64,000 nt of DNA from the human T2T-CHM13v2.0 reference genome, Homo sapiens. How positions within the stretch are numbered: position 1 is the stretch's first letter; the number at the start of each line of letters is the position of its first letter. Below, in pieces: positions 29,896 through 48,331 of the stretch. Both the position numbers and the translations under genes were made by a program. Under the pieces are notes generated by a model that was not told the DNA's origin, did no database searches, and saw nothing but the letters and a program-made list of their open reading frames with translations. The stretch lies in NCBI RefSeq assembly GCF_009914755.1, contig NC_060933.1; one strand, written 5' to 3'.

Positions 29896-30950
29896 GTAAG
29901 TAGAACCCATTCTAAACAGATCAACCAAAAATAATATTACATAAAGCACAACTTATATATGTTGTGAGTTTAATATGAGATAAAGATTATTTTGTTTTCT
30001 CAAGGTAGTGGGGAAGAAAAATAATACTAAAGGACCTCAAACCTTTGGAAAACACCATAATTGTTAAATTATACAAATATGTCAACTACAAAATAGCATA
30101 AAAATATATTTTGTGTAAAGAAGCCATATATAAATGAATGTGTTTATTTCTTTGTTGTGTTTAATCAAAGCTATCTTGGTCACATTCCATTATAAGCTAA
30201 TATAAACCATGTAACTTGGAAAGAATATTAAAGCCTTTATGTCTGAGAAAGCCCAAAGTAGTTTACATGTGTTACTTCTCAAAAACCTTTGGTGACTGGA
30301 AGTTTCATTTTATAGTCTGGGAAACTGAGTCATAGAGTCATCAAAAAATATACTCAATAACTCAAAAAGTGAATAGAAAGACTAGAATTTAGTTCTTCTG
30401 ACTTCGATTCTACTGATTAGCTGGACCATCCAGCCCTGCCTTTGCGGACAAGTTGAAGCAACAAACTAACTTAAAAACTAAAACCAGTTGAACAGGATAG
30501 GTTTGCAGGCAATACACCAACAATTCAGTATAATAATACCCAACAACTAGATTGCTTTGGGTTTTTGGTACACTTTATAACTATTCAATAACTCACATAA
30601 CATCAATAGATGGTGGGACTATAATGTTAGTGCTATTCATATAGAACTGATAAAACACACTGTAGGATTACAATAAATATAAAATCACATGAAAAATCTA
30701 CAGCAGAAAAAGCCCAATGCCTTCCTCTCATCAAGACTCAATAAACAAACACAACAGGATAAATATATTGGAATGCAAGTCCTTCCCCCCCCATTATTTC
30801 CAATAACCCTTCCCAATCCCTATAATGATTAATAGGACTTAAGAGAATCTAAAAATCTATTCAAGTTATCCAATTTCCTTCAGAGTGAATAACATCTACA
30901 CTTTTCCTAGAATATTTTTAAAGAAATTTCATCTTTAAAGACCGTTTCCA

Positions 30951-31290
30951 GGCCAGGCACGGTGGCTCACGCCTGTAAACTCAACACTTGGGAGGCTGAG
31001 GTGGGCAGATGGCTTGAGCCCAGGAATTCGAGACCAGCCTGGACAACGTGGTGAAACCCTGTCTCTACCAAAAATAATAATAATAATAATAATTAATTTA
31101 AAAAATTAGTTTAAAAAAAATTAGCCGGGCATGGTGGTGCACGCCTGTAGTCCCAGCTACTTGGGAGGCTGAGGTGAGTGGATCATTTGAACCCGGGAGG
31201 TCAAGGCTACCGTGAGCCACAATCACGCCACTGCACTCCAGGCTGGGTGACAGAGTGTGACCCTGTCTCAAAAAAAAGAAAAAAAAAAAA
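30951..31290 (+). mobile_element. AluJ-like with (AAT)n linker
   Basis: Dimer; (aat)n near 31073-31093. Confidence 0.85.
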
Positions 31291-31909
31291 CAATTTCCAA
31301 AATTAAAAAGGAGTAGGAAATATGATATCCTCCTTGTAGTTAACAATGCTACTACTTCTCATCTCTTCTTTTTGCTCACATGTATCAAGTAAAAGCACTA
31401 GATTATTAAAAATAAATGATAAAAATCTAATAAGATCTGTGATAATATGCCAGTTTCTTGGAAGCATGTAAGACTGAAATAAGTTTTCAGACTCAGTTAT
31501 CTAAAGGGTCTAAAATTTAGTAAATAAAGGTTATTTAACATTCTCCAGCCAGGCTGACAACATTCCTACTCCTTATCTTTTTCCCTATGACTAGGCAGAA
31601 TGTATTCCTTTTTCCAAATGAATAAATTTTCCCTTCCCTTAATGCTTAGCTGTCTCCCTGGCAAGGTATCATATAGAACAGCTGTTATATTACCAGTATA
31701 ACAGCAATCCCGTCTGATCTAATTGGAAAACATATGGACAGACTGAAACCAAACTTTTGGAGGCTCAGTAACTTTAAAGAAGAAATAATCAAATATATTG
31801 ATAAAGACTATGAACAATGCCATGAATTCAAATTTTGCACAATCTAAACAAGATCTATTTCAATAAGCTACTTTAAGTAATGTTCAAGTGAATGCTTTAA
31901 ATTACCTAG

Positions 31910-32210
<301 letters not shown>

Positions 32211-33841
32211 AATTAATTAATTAAAAAAATTACCTAGACAAAATGAAATGGAGAAAGAGCCAGCTCTCAATTTTCAGCCTCTGCTGAAGGTCTCAGTTAA
32301 ATTTTGCCTAAAGGTACCAAATCTTAGATATGTCATTCCTACTGTATGTTCAAGATTTGTCAGTCTGCATGAATAGTCTCCTTTATTCAAAACCCTGACT
32401 CACTTAGACTAAACAAATACCCTGATATAGATCAAACTTGCTTAGTCAATGACAGAAATTATAGTTAAGTGGCCCTGGGTAATATCATCTGACTTGATCT
32501 TATATAAGTAAAGACTTACCAAGCTTATCAGAACTTTTTATTCATTTTTAAATGTTATTCATTTATTTTTAAGACTATAAAATTAGAATTGGATATAGTC
32601 ACGAAAAAACTTTAAAAATTCAGAAAAACACAAAGAAGGTAATTAAAATTACCCATAATCCCATTACTTAGGTTTAGCTAATTAATATTTTGGTATATTT
32701 CTCTCCTCATATGTATATTGCTGCTTAATATAATGTAAACATTTTAATGTAAGTTCATAAATTACCAAATTTCTTTATCATAAAATGTTAGAGTAGGAGA
32801 ATTCCTCTTTCAAAAATCTTTACTGAAAGGACAAATCCAAAATATAAGCCAAATGAAAGAAGAGCTGATGTAAGTGGGGGTGGTGATGTGGAGGTGAGAG
32901 GTGAGAGTTGGGTGTGAAAGGTCCAGAAGTAGACCTGTTGGCCTCTCCAGTCCCTATAATGGCTCCCAAACACATCTGAGGAACCCTGGGTCCCCAAATA
33001 ATACTGTTTAAAAATCACAAATCTAGTCTAACTCATTTAACAGATAAAACTACTTGCTTTTACTAGACAGATAACTAGTAAAAGAACTAATGAAAGAACT
33101 TAGGATCCCACATCTTACAGACAAGTGCTCAGCTTCTGCAACTTAGCTACCCTTTCTACAAAAGTCATCAAATGTTCATTTGTCCATTGTTGTTCTTCCT
33201 TTAAGAAAAATACAAGGGAAAATGTTACAAACAAAAAATGAATCATTAATATAATAAGCTGGATCTCAAGGAGTTCCACTTGTCCTAAGCAGGTTCTCAA
33301 ACTATTCCTCATATTACTATGAGTGAGAGAAACATTGATTTCTAAACTAAAAAGAAAGGCATGATTACATTATTTTCCTCAAGAATACAATGCATGTCTA
33401 GTATACCTACAAACTGTTCCTTCTTTTTCACTAATTCAATCACTAAATATTTATTAAGAATCTATCTGGGCTGGACAGCAGAGGTATAACTGTGAACAAA
33501 ACAAATGGAAGTCCTGCCCTCATGGAGTCTGTAAGCCTGACAGGCTTGAGCAAACTACTTTAACTTTCTGAATCCCAGTGTTTGCCAGTCATAAAGTAAG
33601 GTTAATAAGATTTAACTACTGCATTGTTTAAGAATTAAATGACACGATGTACGTAAAAAAATCCTTATAGGTAATCAGGCATATAATATGTGCTCAGTTA
33701 ATATTAGTTACCTTCCCTGCCAAAGTGTTAAATATCAGATTAAAAATGAAAGGTAACAGTGTAAGTCTCTTTGCTATTAAAACAATGATTTGAAGTAGTA
33801 CAACTGAAATAGCAGGTTAAGATAATTCCAAAGAGATTCTG

Positions 33842-34540
<699 letters not shown>

Positions 34541-36696
34541 TCACCTTGTTATCTCCATGACCATTTACTTTCAGTTACTTCTGGGCTCTTTCCACAACAT
34601 TCAGCCCTGTATAGTGTCTAGGAAAGAAAATATAAAGCAAACAGTCCTCTTCTCCAAATACCATTTATTCATCATATAAATATGGGCAGCTAAACAAGAC
34701 AAGATTTACACTTAACAAAATAAACTTAAAAGACAATGGTTTAAAATACAAAATATCAAATCTGAAACCCAACAAAACCTATAAAGGTTTGATCAATATT
34801 CACCAATAAAAGTACAGAGGACATAAGCCTTTTTCATTCATATAATATGCAGAAATCAACAAAATGTGAATTGCAAGGTCTTAGACATTCTAAGAGCACC
34901 TTGTAAGCCATAATGCACTGCACACTTGTTAATTGCTAATATTAAAAGCACTCTGTTCACTATTAACTTTAATTATATTTCTAATGGGGAAATTCTGTCA
35001 TTCAAAAGATCAAACATTTGTTTCTTAACGAAATTAATTATATACTGGTATGCATCTCAAAACCACCTACCAACAAAAACAGGTCATGTTATTCATAAAT
35101 AGGAAAATAAATTTGCTACTTATTCAAAGTTCTTGATTTTTTTTTAGAGCCAGATAACTTCTATTATGAAAGTTTTTTCTTTATTGTTCCTCAGAAGAAG
35201 GTGGCAGGGGGTAGGTGGGGCATAAGTTGGACAATAAAGAAGACCCCAGTGGAAAAAGAAAATCTTTTCTCCATTTTTTTTCAAAAAGAGAGAATACCGC
35301 ATTCTGAATATTGTATAAAGGATGACATTTTCATATTAAGAAGGCTTCATAATCTAAATTACATAGACCAAAAACAAATCAATAGGAAAAAAGTGAAAGT
35401 CACAGAGAAAGACAGATTTTGTTCTCAGTGCAAACTGTTCAATGCCATGCATGCTGACACTAACACATCTTTAAGGACTTTTTGTTCATCTAGAAAGACG
35501 TCTTGGAAGAATTAAGCTTTGAGGAAGCACTGAAGGAGGACAAAGTGGTAAATTGTTAAACAGAGAGGGTAATTTGGTTCCTTAAAGATCATGGAAAGAA
35601 TGGTTGGGGCTAAAAATAAAAGATATGAGTGAGAGGAACGCATAGAAGGCTTTAAATTGAAAAAAAATGAGCAAGGAGAATGGAAGAAAGGTTTTTTTTT
35701 TTTTCAATGAAGACAAAATAATAGGGAAAGATTTTTCTGACCATAATTATCTGTAGAACAGTGGCATTATTAGAGAGATTATTTTGATACAAATTTATCA
35801 CATGTACTCACATGGATACATCTAAAAGGATAAATATTTTTAGTAAACCTTTACTATGATTCAAACCTAGGTATCCAGACATAATCTTTATCTTCTTCAT
35901 CACATTTTTAGAAATCCTCCTTTAAAGTTACCAGGGCAGTCAGGGTAGTCATTTCTAGTGAAAAACAGATAAATCAAAATGTATACTTGAAAAAAAGCCT
36001 AAGTGATCACAGAAGAGGTCCCTGTAATATAATGTCAACATTACTAATAAGGATTTTTATATCACACCTAAAAAAAACCACACAAAAATCAAGATAAAGG
36101 AAAAAGCAAGGATTAAAGCTATTTATAACTTAAAATATCATCTAACACTGTCTTTCAGCTAAACAAGGTCTTACATTTTTATTTTCTTCTGCTCTATTAA
36201 GTACCCTAGAGCAGAATTCTCTCCACCCATAATTTACTCATCAGTAAAAACAGCACTGCAATACTTTTCTTCTATTCTTTTTATAAGGGTGCCAGAATGT
36301 CTGGAAGTTAATACACATGTTTAGAAATGCTAAGATGAGAAATTATGCACACTTAAATTTTAGGGGTCTTTTTTAAAAATCAAGATAAAAAGACCTAGAT
36401 TATTTCAATGTGTAAATTTTCAACTAGCCAGGAGGCTTCCTGGGGACATAATACAGAAGATTTGAAACTAATGTTCTGGAGTTTATGCTGCTCCAGAAAC
36501 TAATCAGACTAAGGAATTTCTACAAAAACCTAGGCACTTAGGTCAGGCATAAGGTATGATAAATTTGGGGGGCCTGGCCCCCCAAAAAATATGAACAAAT
36601 CTCTCCATCACAGAAAAACTTAGAACCTAATTAATGAAACAATAAGAGCTATAATTTAATATAACAATTGTAAAACGTTGTCAAACAGAAAATTCA

Positions 36697-37131
<435 letters not shown>

Positions 37132-37382
37132 CTACTCTTCTAGGTAGCTGTATTTCTTTAAATGCCAATAATATGGATTCTGGAGCCAGACCCACTAGGT
37201 TTGAATGTAGGTTCTGCCAGAGCTGGGCTTCTATGGAACTCAATTTCCTTATCTATAAAATGAGGATAATAATAGTAACTAACTTAGTAGTTCCTGTTTT
37301 GGAGATTAAATGACTTAATATATATAAGGCACATAGAACAGTGCCAGGAACATAGTAAGTGTGCTTGTAATTACTATTATAG

Positions 37383-37730
37383 TAGTCCACAATCCCTCAA
37401 ATCTGATGCTCAATACCAGAAGCTATGAAACTACAAATTTTCCTGTAACTCACTTGGTGGCAAATATCTGACCTACTCCGAATACATTTGGCAACAAAAC
37501 CTGACCTGAGCAAATGCAAATAAAACCTGACCTGAGCAAAGGCTACTGAAAGTCTTTATTTATCACACTCACTGTAAAGATACGTGCAGTTTGCTGCAGA
37601 TATCTTAATGTGTTTGATTACAGGATGCTGCTCCCAATTCACTGGAATGTATTTATGAAAAAATGAAAAAATCTAAATTCTGAAACACATCCAACCCAGA
37701 GGTTTTAGATAAAAGACTGTGGGGTCTATA
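37383..37730. mobile_element. TcMar-Tigger non-autonomous element (MER46C-like)
   Basis: Degenerate terminal inverted repeats gtccacaatccct / aaagactgtggggtc; aattctgaaacacatc...gttttagataa; internal duplicate aaaacctgacctgagcaaa. Confidence 0.6.
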
Positions 37731-37874
37731 TTAACTTTGAAGCCTAGACAGTTTGTATTTCCTTAAAATAAATGGCATCTTCTTAAAGAAACACGAGTAA
37801 GTAAGATCCTGAATCTAGTATTAGAGAATATTAGGATGATGAAAACATTTTCCAGTACAGTTAAGAGAGTCCTA

Positions 37875-38607
<733 letters not shown>

Positions 38608-39094
38608 CTAAATTCTAGGGCTTGCTTAAACAAAGTCTATTCTCATCACTCAGATAACAAATAAATAATTAAGGTTCTTTGGGGGACATAAATATGCCTT
38701 GAATCATGCAGACCAAATCATCACAGAACTTTAGAGCTGAAAGAGACCCTTTAAAACTAATCTAAATTATTATCCTTTATCTTCCAAATTGTTTTATCAT
38801 CTGTAAATTTATTCTGCCCTATGAGGTAAGAATAATCTGCCCTAACTTGTCCGTAGACTCTGTCTATAGGAACACACCGCAGGTAAATGCAAATAAACTG
38901 GGTGGAGTACACTGACAAACCTGGGATCTAAAAGGATAACTGAATTTAACACAATCAATCTTATAAATTTAGTTAATGTCTCAGATTACACTTTAGAAAA
39001 TTATAAGAATTTCCAAGTCCAGAATGAAAGAAGACTCACCTAGCACATATTTAAAAATAAATAAATTTTAATAGAGCTTAGCAATCTTAATGGG

Positions 39095-39870
39095 CTCAAT
39101 GAGTCAACAACATAATGCGGCTGCCAAAAAGCTACTGTGATTAGGAACTAACCACATCAACATCAGTACCCCATCCAGAAGGAATGAGGCAACTGCCCTC
39201 TCTGCTACAAGCTGGTTAGAGCACATCTGGAGTATTATGTTCAGCTCTGTTTCACATTTTGGTAGACACAGAAAGACTGAAAAAGACTAGAAGAGGGCCA
39301 GGCACAGTGGCTCATGCCTGTAATCCCAGCACTTTCGGAGGCTGAAGCGGGTAGATCAGGAGTTCGAGACCAGCCTGGCCAACATGGTGAAACCCTGTCT
39401 GTACTAAAAATACAAAAAGTAGCAGGGTGTGGTGGCATGCACCATAATTCCAGCTAGGCAGGAGGCTGAGGCAGAATTGCCTGAAACCACGAGGCGGAGG
39501 TTGCAGTGGGCTGAGATGGTGCCACTGCATTCCAGCCTGGGCAACAGAGTGGAACTCCATCTCAAAAAAAAAAACAAAAAACAAAAAAAAACTAGAAGAG
39601 AAGTAACCAAGACAGTAAGAAAATTTGAAACCATGTCACATAAAGATCAGTTGAAGGAGCTGAAATTATTTGGCCAAGACAGAGAGGGATCATGATCCCT
39701 GTCCCCTAACCTGTAAGAGCTGTCATGGCACAGAGACAGCCAACTTTTTCTGCATGGCCCCAACGGGCAGAGCCAGATCAATCAGTTAACTAAAGTAAGA
39801 AATTTCAGCTAAGCCTATGGAAATATTTCTTCAAATGTAGAGCCACATTAGGAGGTAGTGGCATTTAAAG
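39095..39870 (+). mobile_element. L3/CR1 LINE remnant split by an AluS (39296-39590)
   Basis: gcggctgccaaaaagcta...cacatctggagtattatgttcag ... gaaaccatgtcacataaagatcagttgaaggagctg; Alu TSD actagaagag. Confidence 0.75.
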
Positions 39871-39915
39871 TCCTATCTACCCCTAAGGGTCCATAATTTT
39901 TAAAATCAAACATTT

Positions 39916-40598
<683 letters not shown>

Positions 40599-41982
40599 GT
40601 CCTACCCAGCCAACCAATCAGTGAATGTTTTGCTGGGTTTGTGGGAGAAAAAGTGCCTGCTTGCTGGGCAATTAGTTTCAGTTTGCAGATCAGTGTCCTT
40701 GTAAACAAAAAAGGGCCCTAACTGAGGGGCAGGCAAGAGCTCTCAGCTAGATCTCCATGAAAGAAATTATTATTAATTCAAAAAGCATCTATAAGACCTA
40801 TTCAATCAAATAATATATTATCAGTGGCATTAGTTCTTACAGGAACGTTGAAATTAAAAAATACTGTACAACCATCTTCTCAAATGCCAGGGAATCCAAC
40901 TTTGCAAGCCAAACCAGTTGTCTCAAATTCAATTATAAGTTTTCCTTCTGCCAAAGAGATATGTTTTCTGTTTAAAGTAGACTGGAGCCCATGCTCCATA
41001 CTTGATCAGATCACTGTAAAGTCAATTTAGCTGCTGAGAACTAGATATTGGCAATCTAGAGTGAATTCACAGAGAAGTACAAACTACCTAATATTTAAAA
41101 CACAGGAAAGTTATCGAAATTGGACATCCTTCCAAGATTTTTTCACCCAAAGACCATCACAGACGTAAGTATAATGTTAGTTCATGAAAATTATTAAAAG
41201 CCTTGAACAACAGTTCAGATGACAAATATTACTCAATCCAGCTTTACTGCAGTGTATACTGAATTGGATTCTAAGCAACTCCAGTGAAAATATTAGAGAA
41301 TATAGTAAATAGATGATGGATTTAACAAAAATACTCTGTGCTGCTTCCTCTCTGCTTTTTAAAGTGAAGCCTAGAAGCAATCTAAGTGTCCATAAATAAG
41401 GGCTTGGTTAAATAAATTATGATACATTCTTACCCTGGAAAATGCAACTATTAAAAAGAATAAAGTAGACCCTAGATACCGATATTTTTTTTAAAAGTCC
41501 ATGATACATAGTTAAGTGAATACCACAAGTTGCAAAACATGTATAGAATTATTCCATTTTGATTTTTTAAAATCTATTTTTAAATACCCTGTGTGTATGT
41601 TCATATATGCCCAGCAAAAACAGCTGAAAAAAGATCTGACAAATTGCTAACAGTAGTAACCTCTAGGGACTGACTGAAACTAGGAGGCAGTGAAGGAGTG
41701 ACTTTCCCTTTTTCCTTTGTGGACTTCTGGTTGTTTATATTTTTTTGCCAGTAGGGGTTACCTTTGGGGTTGAAAAATAACAACACAAAAATAGTAAAAG
41801 TAAAATAACATGAATTACACAGATTTATTTATCAGATACTAACCAAAGTAAGTGATCTTTCTACTTAAATGCTACTGTATGCTTAAAACTCCAGAGAATC
41901 TAATTCATTCTTTTTCTATTATACTTTACTAAAACAAATAAAAATCACCCCAAGTCCCTACTAGTTTTCTCAAATGCTTTCT

Positions 41983-41983
<1 letters not shown>

Positions 41984-42032
<49 letters not shown>
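41984..42032 (+). repeat. (TACA)n/(CA)n microsatellite
   Basis: Visible CA run. Confidence 0.95.
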
Positions 42033-42034
<2 letters not shown>

Positions 42035-42049
42035 ACAGGCCTGGTCATA

Positions 42050-42630
<581 letters not shown>

Positions 42631-43861
42631 CTCAGTAATATGTCAATCTCTCTATATGAAAGCCAAAAGGGGTTACAGGTAAAACCCAGCTAGCTAATGC
42701 ATTCCTTGAAGCTGGAAGAGATGCACACTTGGCTTTTTATGGGTGAATAATCCTACTTATGTCATTGCCAAGCTCCAACCCAAGGATCAAGACTGTATTA
42801 AGGTTCATAACCATGTGGGAAAATTCTCTACACACTCAATTATAGTCCAAAGTCCATACCTGACTCCACAGTAAATCACTAAGCCTAAGATTTAGGTCAG
42901 AGACCCAGCTAGACAAAGGATTTGGACAAACCTCCACCCCAACTCAAAGCAAGACAATTCAGAAACTTTTGTCCAAACGTTCTGACAAAGTAGGCTTTTG
43001 TTTTGTTTTGTTTTAGTCCTAGGCCCACTTAAGATTTAAACGGGGAAAGAATACGAGTTGTCTTTAACTTTGCTTGAAGACTTCAGCAAGAAAAGCCTTT
43101 TCTACGTGGGCTCAAACAGAAATTGGCATATATCAGCATCAGCAAAGTTGAACATCCTGGCTTAAGGAGACAAAAATAGGCATCCTTGCTTAAATGGTGT
43201 ATTTGGCCAAACATGTTGACCTTATAATTGTGGAAGAAAAAAATGGTGCGAGGAAGAGATTTAACCTAATTTGTAAATGTGCTCAGCCTAGATACACACC
43301 TGTCCCAAATGACCTACTGAATCCACTTATTTGCAGGGACAACATGGATTACAATGCCTTTTTTGTTTTTATTTTTTGCCCTCAAGTGGTCCATACTACT
43401 GTTTGTAAACAAAATCCTCTCACTACCTCTCTTCCACCTGTCATACACACACATCTGATATTTACATAAACAAGAAGAAATGAACAGGGAAACTGGAGCT
43501 TTGGGAGGAATTCCTTACCCTCAGCTTTTGACCCAGTGGTTGAAGGAGGTACTATGCGGGCTTTCAAACTTCCCCAAATAACCCAGGCAGAGAGGCTGGG
43601 TGCGCGAACCCAACCCAAAAGTTTGCGCCCATTCTGGTCTCTGAAAAAGGCCAGAAAGCCCTGTTGGGAAGAAGATGAGATGCCTTCCACCCAGCAGCCA
43701 CCCCCTCCCGAGGGAGCACAGCCCACGGGGGACAAAAGACTTTCCAGATTGATCGGGGGCGGGAGGGAGACTAGCTGGACCTGGGATCCCCCCTCGGGAG
43801 CCGGAACCTGGGGTGTCTTTGGGGTAACAAACGATAAATTATAGGCAAGAGCCCAACCCTA

Positions 43862-44512
<651 letters not shown>

Positions 44513-44684
44513 TCATTCAGCCAGTCGGTTGGTCAGTCATCTTCTCCTCGTTGCAATCCGACCAAGGAAGCCTCCGCAACCGCCGCCGCCACCGCCACCG
44601 GGCGCACCATCGCCACCTCCCTCTGACAGGCGGCCGGCCCCGCGGGCGGGCCCCAGCGCGGAGGGAGCGACCGGACCGAGCGCG

Positions 44685-44820
44685 GACCGCCCGCCCTCCT
44701 CGATTGGCAGCCGCGCCTAACCAATGGGAAGCCACAGTCGCCCACGTGATCCGCCCGCTTCCCGGCCTCTTTGTAGCCCCGTAGGCCAATCAGAGGACGT
44801 CCAGGAGAGGGGGCGGTCCG
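44685..44820 (-). promoter_or_regulatory. TATA-less proximal promoter: three CCAAT boxes, E-box, GC boxes
   Basis: ATTGG 44703-44707, CCAAT 44721-44725 and 44786-44790, CACGTG 44743-44748, CCGCCC near 44687-44696 and 44751-44756, GGGGCGG 44810-44816. Confidence 0.7.
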
Positions 44821-46085
44821 TGAGGCGAGAGAAGGGTGGTGCGAGCCCAGCTCTAGCCCGCCGGGCTCGCGGCGGCCCCGGCTTTGTCTGCCCAAAGAGT
44901 GGGGCGCGGGCCTCGGGCACCGGGCGCCGCGGAGCAGACAAAGGATGCGCCCCGCGCGGCAGACGCCGGGCCTAGTCATCTGCTCCACCGGGCTGCGAGC
45001 ACGAGCGGGGGGTGGAATCAGCACTCGGGAGCATCCCCGCCCTCCTGAACAATGGGGCGCCAGCGCCGCACCCCAGCTCGGGCGGGGACCGCGCGGGAAC
45101 CCCGCGATGGGAGAGGGCAGCGGCAGCGACGATGTAGAGCTTGGCATGCCCTCTGCTGCTCCAGAGAGCCTGGTCGCAGCCTTGCGAGGTCTCTGCCGCC
45201 ATTCCCATTTCAGAGATGGGGAAGCTGAGGCCCTTGCTGAGGGCCTCCCTGAACCGAGACCCACGCCCTCACCAGAAACCTGCTGTGGGCCAGGTGTTGT
45301 GCCAGACTGGACAAGGGGGCGGGACCGGGCGGTGGAGACCCCTGAGGGCAGAAGGTGCAAGCTTCCTGCGTGGAGGAGACAGGCTCGCAAGCACACTTAC
45401 CTAAACCCCGGGAAGAATAGGATCAGACAGGGTTGAACCTCAACTTGATGTCTTTTGCTGAATGGTTTTGTGGCCTGAGCGCGGTTTTTTCACCACTAAA
45501 ATGGAGATGATAGGACACCCCTCACCCCCCACCCCCCTCACAGAGCTGTTGTGAGAATTAAGTCATGGACGTAAAGGGCTTAGCCCAGAGCCTGGCCCAC
45601 TGTTGTAACCCTCATTAATGCTAACTATTCTCAGCATTTGCGCCAGGGCAAGCCCAGGATTAGAAAGCAGCCCCAGGCCACAGCCCTTCAGTGCCCCCAG
45701 AGCCTCCGGCTGGTTGCAGGGGTTGGGGTGGGGCTAATAGCCGAGCTTGACCCTGGATGACACTAAACCCTGAATCAAGCTGGAATTCGGGCACGCAGCC
45801 TCGCATCATCCGCCCAGGATCCAGAGCTAGGTCAGGCGCTGCTGCTTCGGCTCAGCAGCTTCCAGAGGAAGCCAGGCAGGGCGGGTTTGTCATCTGATGG
45901 GGCTTAATTCAAGCCCCACTGCTAACCCAATCCCGGCCTCCCCTACGTGATGTTTGGCTTTGTGCATGGTTTCCCATTAGTCATTGGTCTTCAACCAGAC
46001 CAGCAGGATGAGATTTATGTGTGAACCCGTGTATGTTAATTAAAGCATGCATTTATTTTCCTGCATGAGTAGTGGGTGGGGGAGG

Positions 46086-46290
46086 CTGTGTATGAATGCA
46101 TAAACATGTTTGTGAGTCTGTGTGTATGAGTGTTGTATGTATCTGTGTGAGTTTATGAGTATGGGAGCTAGTATCTATTTTCATATATTGTGTCTTAATA
46201 ATCTGTGCATGTGTACTGGTGTGTGTTTTTGTGTATTTTCTGTGTTTTTGCATTTGTGGTTATCTATGGGTGTGTCTTGATAGGTCTATG
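46086..46290 (+). repeat. Degenerate (TG)-rich simple repeat
   Basis: tgtgtatg/tgtgtgag-type units. Confidence 0.75.
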
Positions 46291-46936
46291 TATATAAGAC
46301 AGCGGGAATGAGGGAGAATGTGAGTGTTCTGTCTTCAGGACCAATATTTAGCAAGCACTAACCAAGGTTCTATTTTTACTTTGCTTTGGGAGGGTGGACA
46401 GGTCATGCCAGTCCCCCATATTCCCTTGCTGACCCTCCCTGGCCCTTCAAACCCCAACCAAAATGTCACATTCTCTAAAAGACATTCCTGGATTTGAGTG
46501 GGAATTAATCTCTCCCTTCTCATTTCCCCACCACCCCTTGTTTATGCATTGATTACAGCCCTGATCTACCAATCTACCTCTCCGTTGCCTCTTCCTAAAA
46601 GGATTAAGGATGGCTTTCAGAAATATATACAACAGGATAAATTGAATTGCCCACATGGCTTTATTACTTCTCATAGGCATGCATCAGCCTTAATACTAGA
46701 ACTTGTTATTTATGTGTCTGTCTCTTACGTCAGATGTTCTCCCTGTTCTGAGAACCTAGCAGGGGCAACACATGTAAGTGCCAACCCATGCTGGTTAAAT
46801 TGAATTAATTGAGGTCTTGTCGTGCTTGTGGGAGGAGCTTGTGTCTTTAGAGTCAGACAGACTTGGGTCATGACTGCCAACTCTGTGACCTTGGAGGAAA
46901 CCTTTCACCTCTCTGAGCCTCAGTTTTCCCCCCCAC

Positions 46937-47231
<295 letters not shown>

Positions 47232-48048
47232 ACTTTTCTCATCTATTAAATGGGGCCAATAAATAGTCTCTCATTTGTTGACTAGGATTGAGGAGAATGT
47301 TTTTACAGAGCCTAGCACACAGACGGTGCTCAGGCTGTGTAGGTTCATATTTTTGTTATACCATTGCTAACTTTGAGACTTGTTGGCTGAAGGACCAGAG
47401 CAGAAACCCCTGCCCCATAAGTTCCCCATCAGGTGACATGGCCTGACACTTGCCCTACCTGATATTTCCAAATGATATCTGAAAAATGCTGGGTTGACCC
47501 TGAGCTTTGCTGTATCAGAGGTTCTCTGGCAAGGGGAAAAAAGCTGATGCAGCTTCTTGGCCAGGAGAGCCACAGAGCAAATGACTAGGAGACCTTGTCG
47601 AGTGATTCAGGTCAGCTCTCTGCCTTAGGCAAGGATCATCCATGCCGGGGCTTTTAAGATGGGATATTAGCCTGTCATATGTATAGAAAATATTGAATTT
47701 TTTTGAAAGATACCAGTAATTTAAATGTGTTAATGTCCATTCAACATTTAATTTTTAAATTTCCTTAATCTTAAATCTTCCTTAATCTCTAAACTACAAG
47801 ATGACTTTCTTAGGAATTATGTTTGTGTTTAAAAATTGGAAATACCTTACATATCTGTCATCAAAGAAAGGTATTATTATACCTGTTAAATTTAATCCTA
47901 GAAAGTCATTGTAAGTGTAGCTATGAAGACAGTATAGCAAATATTAATAGTAAATAATTGAGCTCATAGTCTATGCTAGACACTATACCAAGAGCTACAT
48001 ATGAATTGTTTTGTTTAATCCTAAAAACCCCAGGAAATAGGTACTATT

Positions 48049-48331
48049 ATGTCTTAGTCCATTTGGGCTGCTGCAACAAAGTACTGTAGATTGTGGCTTG
48101 TAGACAACAAAAAATATATCTCTCCCAGCTCTGGTGCCTGGGAAGTCCAAGATCAAGGCACCAGCAGATTCAGTGAGCTCCCTGGGTGTCCTTTAAAAGG
48201 ACACTAATTCCATTCATGATGGCGCTGCCCTTATAACCTAATCACCTCCCAAATGCTTCCAAATACTTTTACATGGGGAGTTAGGATTTCAACGTGTGAA
48301 TTTTAGGGGGACACAAACATTCAGTCTATAG
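48049..48331 (-). mobile_element. MLT1A/MST-like MaLR LTR (internally deleted) inside a MIR
   Basis: tgtcttagtccatttgggctgct...gggaagtccaagatcaaggcaccagcagattc ... ggggacacaaacattcagtctatag. Confidence 0.8.
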
